From Lepidodermella squamata (lineage: Eukaryota; Animalia; Gastrotricha), in NCBI GenBank assembly GCA_047495785.1, contig JBLDXI010000024.1, forward strand, positions 992,001-1,056,000: a DNA stretch of 64,000 bases, in the 5' to 3' direction. The first letter of the stretch is position 1. Each line of letters starts with the position of its first letter. This document shows positions 61,235 to 64,000 of the stretch, piece by piece. The notes beneath the pieces were generated by a model. That model saw nothing but the letters and a program-made list of their open reading frames with translations. It was not told where the DNA came from and searched no databases. The position numbers and the translations under genes were made by a program.

Positions 61235-62905
61235 ATGAACTTGAGGTTAATAGCTTTTCTCTCTTGTGTTGCTCAAGCTGGAGCTGCTTGCGTCGGCAAT
61301 GTTACAAAAATCGACGATCCTCGTGCCGATCACGGCGTTATTGAAAACGAAATCAGCTCAAGGAGTAGATATTTATCCAGTCAAAATTGCACGTGGCTAG
61401 TTGTTGTTCCAGACGGTTATAAAATTAGGTAGCTAATTGGACCTCGAAGCAGACAAACATGTTTAATTACTTTAAAATATGTTCAGATTCCAATTCGATG
61501 TATTAGACCTTGAATCGAACCTTGATCGGCCAAGTGGTTAGTCAATTTTTCATTTTTTAGCTGACCGTTTATTTCGAAACATCTTGAATATTTTTGCAAC
61601 CAAAATTAAATCCTTCGAAGGGTATTCTGGAAAGAAGTAAATTTGGTAGTTTTTCATTGTTTAGAGATGGTGCACTGAATTTCTTATAGTGGCAGGTTGT
61701 AGCCGCTTCTCCATGGGTAAACCAGGGTTGGGTATATATAAATCTGCGAGCTCTCTATTGGGATGTAATACTTATAGGACGGCTCTTTTTGGAAAAGCTA
61801 TAAAAGCGATTCCAAAAATGAGGCAGTCTCTTACCATATTCAGGGAGATTTCGGTCATCTTTCAGCTTTCATTCTCCATTCCACTCAACCGGCATAATGG
61901 AGGAAATAGATTTTTTACCTCCTCAAGTCAAAGCGGAATACGGGATGTTTTTTGAAGCCTTAGGCCATGGGCATTTTAATTAAGAAAACATCAAATCCCA
62001 AGTTCGAATGGCTAAGATCCTAAATTCAATCATTCCAGAGTTGAACCTTTTGAAATATCCACACGAGAGGGCAGGTCCTGAGCTCTTTTAGTAATGGATT
62101 TCTGAAACATAGGAATTGTTGAAATTACTCTGGAAGTTTGAGCCATCAGTAGCCAGTTAAGTTGCATTTTCTATAATGTCGGGAAATATATTTCTACAAT
62201 GCCAAATTTTAGCAAAGCAATTTTCTTATAATATCAAAACAAATTCTTTATTTCCTACTCTGACCAGTTATTTTTCGTTTTTTTTCTGTAGAGTGTCACG
62301 ATTGGGTCGAGATCAAGAATAAGCTGACAGATTCTAAGCCCATCGTTAAAGCGTGTACTGTCAGCACCGTAGCCATGAAATGGTTCTACTCATCCAGCAG
62401 CGTAGCCTACGTCCAATTTGTGAGCGACGAATCCGTTCAAAATTACGGTTTCAAACTCAAATGGGAACGAGTCGACAGCGGGGATTCAGCTAAAAAGCAA
62501 AGCCCAAACTCGCCATCCAATACTGAAGTGGCTACTTCTCCCGCGCCTGCCATGTCAACAGATGCCGGGGCGTTACTTGGCGACGACCAGGTTGTTACAA
62601 AAGGCGACATTCGCGTTGTTATGGCAATCGCAATTGCAGCCCTGGCTATTAGCACCTTGGCCGTAATATTCCTTCTCGTCGTTATATTTATGCGCAGTTG
62701 CAGCGACGAGGCTAAATACATGCGTCCGGTTGTCGGAATTCGGACTGCTGGGCCAGATCACGCACCGTCGCCGTCAACAGCCGCATCGAGTAACAGCGGA
62801 AACACCGAGGAACACTACTTCGAACTTCCCGACCGGAGCTCAACCCCTGGCAACCGCCCATTTTTTTCACAGCCCGCGGCGGCGGCGCCAGCATATAAAA
62901 AATAA
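61235..62905 (+). CDS. Single-CUB type I membrane protein, copy 3, about 285 aa; exons 61235-61428, 61487-61536, 62292-62905
   Basis: Signal peptide; YLSSQNCTWLV, CHDWVEIK, FVSDESVQNYGF; stalk; TM helix; tail containing EEHYFELP. Confidence 0.85.
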
Positions 62906-63598
62906 TTATTTTTCACGCGCCTCAAGACTTTCTGTTCCAAACAAGAATTTCCGCTATAAGCGCGCGTTTTTATACCACTGCGTATTTCATTGTTATTAGC
63001 ATGGGTATAATGTATAATAATATAATAATATACGTGCCTTCATTACCCCCAGTGCGCAAAAGTGCGCGCTCTTCAGTGTTGTTTTTTGTTCGTGAATGCC
63101 GAAACTACTACGTCACACATACAAATGTATTATTCATAGCAGCACACACATATAGTGCATACATGCCAGCGCTGTCTGCCTTATTATAATTCTACAAATA
63201 GAGCGAGCAAGCGAGAGGGGAAAAAACCCGACATTCATTTTTTATTACAACATTGTTTTACTTCGATCTTTTTTTTATCTGCGGTCTATGCGTTGCCTAT
63301 ACGATGAGGAGCAGAAGGGTAAAAAAATATACACAAGGGAATCATCCTATTCTGCGGCAATAAAAAATCTGTCATTCAAACACTCTGTTTTTTATATCGG
63401 ATTTTTTACCCCTGTCGGATATTGCTTTAATATATAGGTTATACGCATATATTATAAAGACCGCGAACTTTATCGTGAACCTGCTCATTCTACACAATAG
63501 GCGATCGAAAGCAGGCAGCTCATCCCCGCAACTAATGGTTTCGTAACTGTCTATCACTCAACTGATGAAGTTTAACACTGATACGATTGTCTGCAAAA

Positions 63599-63953
63599 AT
63601 GTTCACCTCAAGCACTGCGATGATGATTACGATTGTTGCCTGTTCACTTTTGCTGGCAGGCCAATCGGCAGCGGTTCCGATTTTATGTGACCAGAATAAT
63701 ACGACAGCCATCACCACGAATAGTTCGGAGGCTAATAACTCTGAAGCCGTATTTGTTAATTGTCCACCACCCGCTTCGTCCAGTGCCGAAGAGACATTCG
63801 TGTTTGTCGTCGCTATAGTCGGTGTCGTCGTTTGCAGTCTTGCCGTTGTTTTGGTACTCGTTTTGCTGTTCACGCGAACTGGCCTGGAATTTGAAAATCA
63901 AAGGTTATTAGCTCCAATTTTGCGACCATTAAAAATTTCACTAGAAAAATCAG
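63599..63953 (+). CDS. Small type I membrane glycoprotein, probably continuing beyond the window
   Basis: Signal peptide, an ectodomain of about 40 aa with two Cys and several N-x-S/T sequons, and a long TM helix. A possible donor G|GTATTT lies at 63954; otherwise the frame stops at 63961. Confidence 0.65.
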
Positions 63954-64000
63954 GTATTTAATTGTAAATTGAAGTGTCGATGAATCGCATGGCCCCCGAC

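Overview
Eukaryotic (invertebrate animal) genomic DNA, gene-dense, with mostly 45-70 nt GT-AG introns. The supplied ORF track splits most genes, so exon structures were rebuilt by hand from splice signals and reading-frame continuity. Gene order: RAD54L2/ARIP4 (5' part, -), DOMON-cytochrome b561 reductase (+), FBXL13/DRC6 (+), dispanin-like membrane protein (-), short PTPDC1 (-), KDM5 (-), MARVEL protein (+), GPKOW (+), TPRKB/CGI121 (-), CNBP-like (-), a patch of transposon relics (23.7-26.8 kb), BTG (+), PARP3-like (+), a 22-repeat filamin (+), TRMT10C (-), an AZI2/TBKBP1-like adaptor (-), ORC5 (+), three tandem single-CUB type I membrane proteins and a small membrane glycoprotein (+). Best leads: (1) a putative invertebrate TBK1-adaptor-like protein with LC8-type motifs and tandem UBZ fingers; (2) filamin isoform architecture (phospho-site-rich N-terminal exon, frame-preserving polyproline cassette, probable short C-terminal isoform); (3) the CUB receptor cluster with tyrosine motifs in the tails; (4) tightly packed same-strand gene pairs that may be trans-spliced operons, although short cis 5'-UTR introns are a real alternative. 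Family assignments rest on remembered motifs; no database search was run. No rRNA, tRNA or CRISPR array was recognised.
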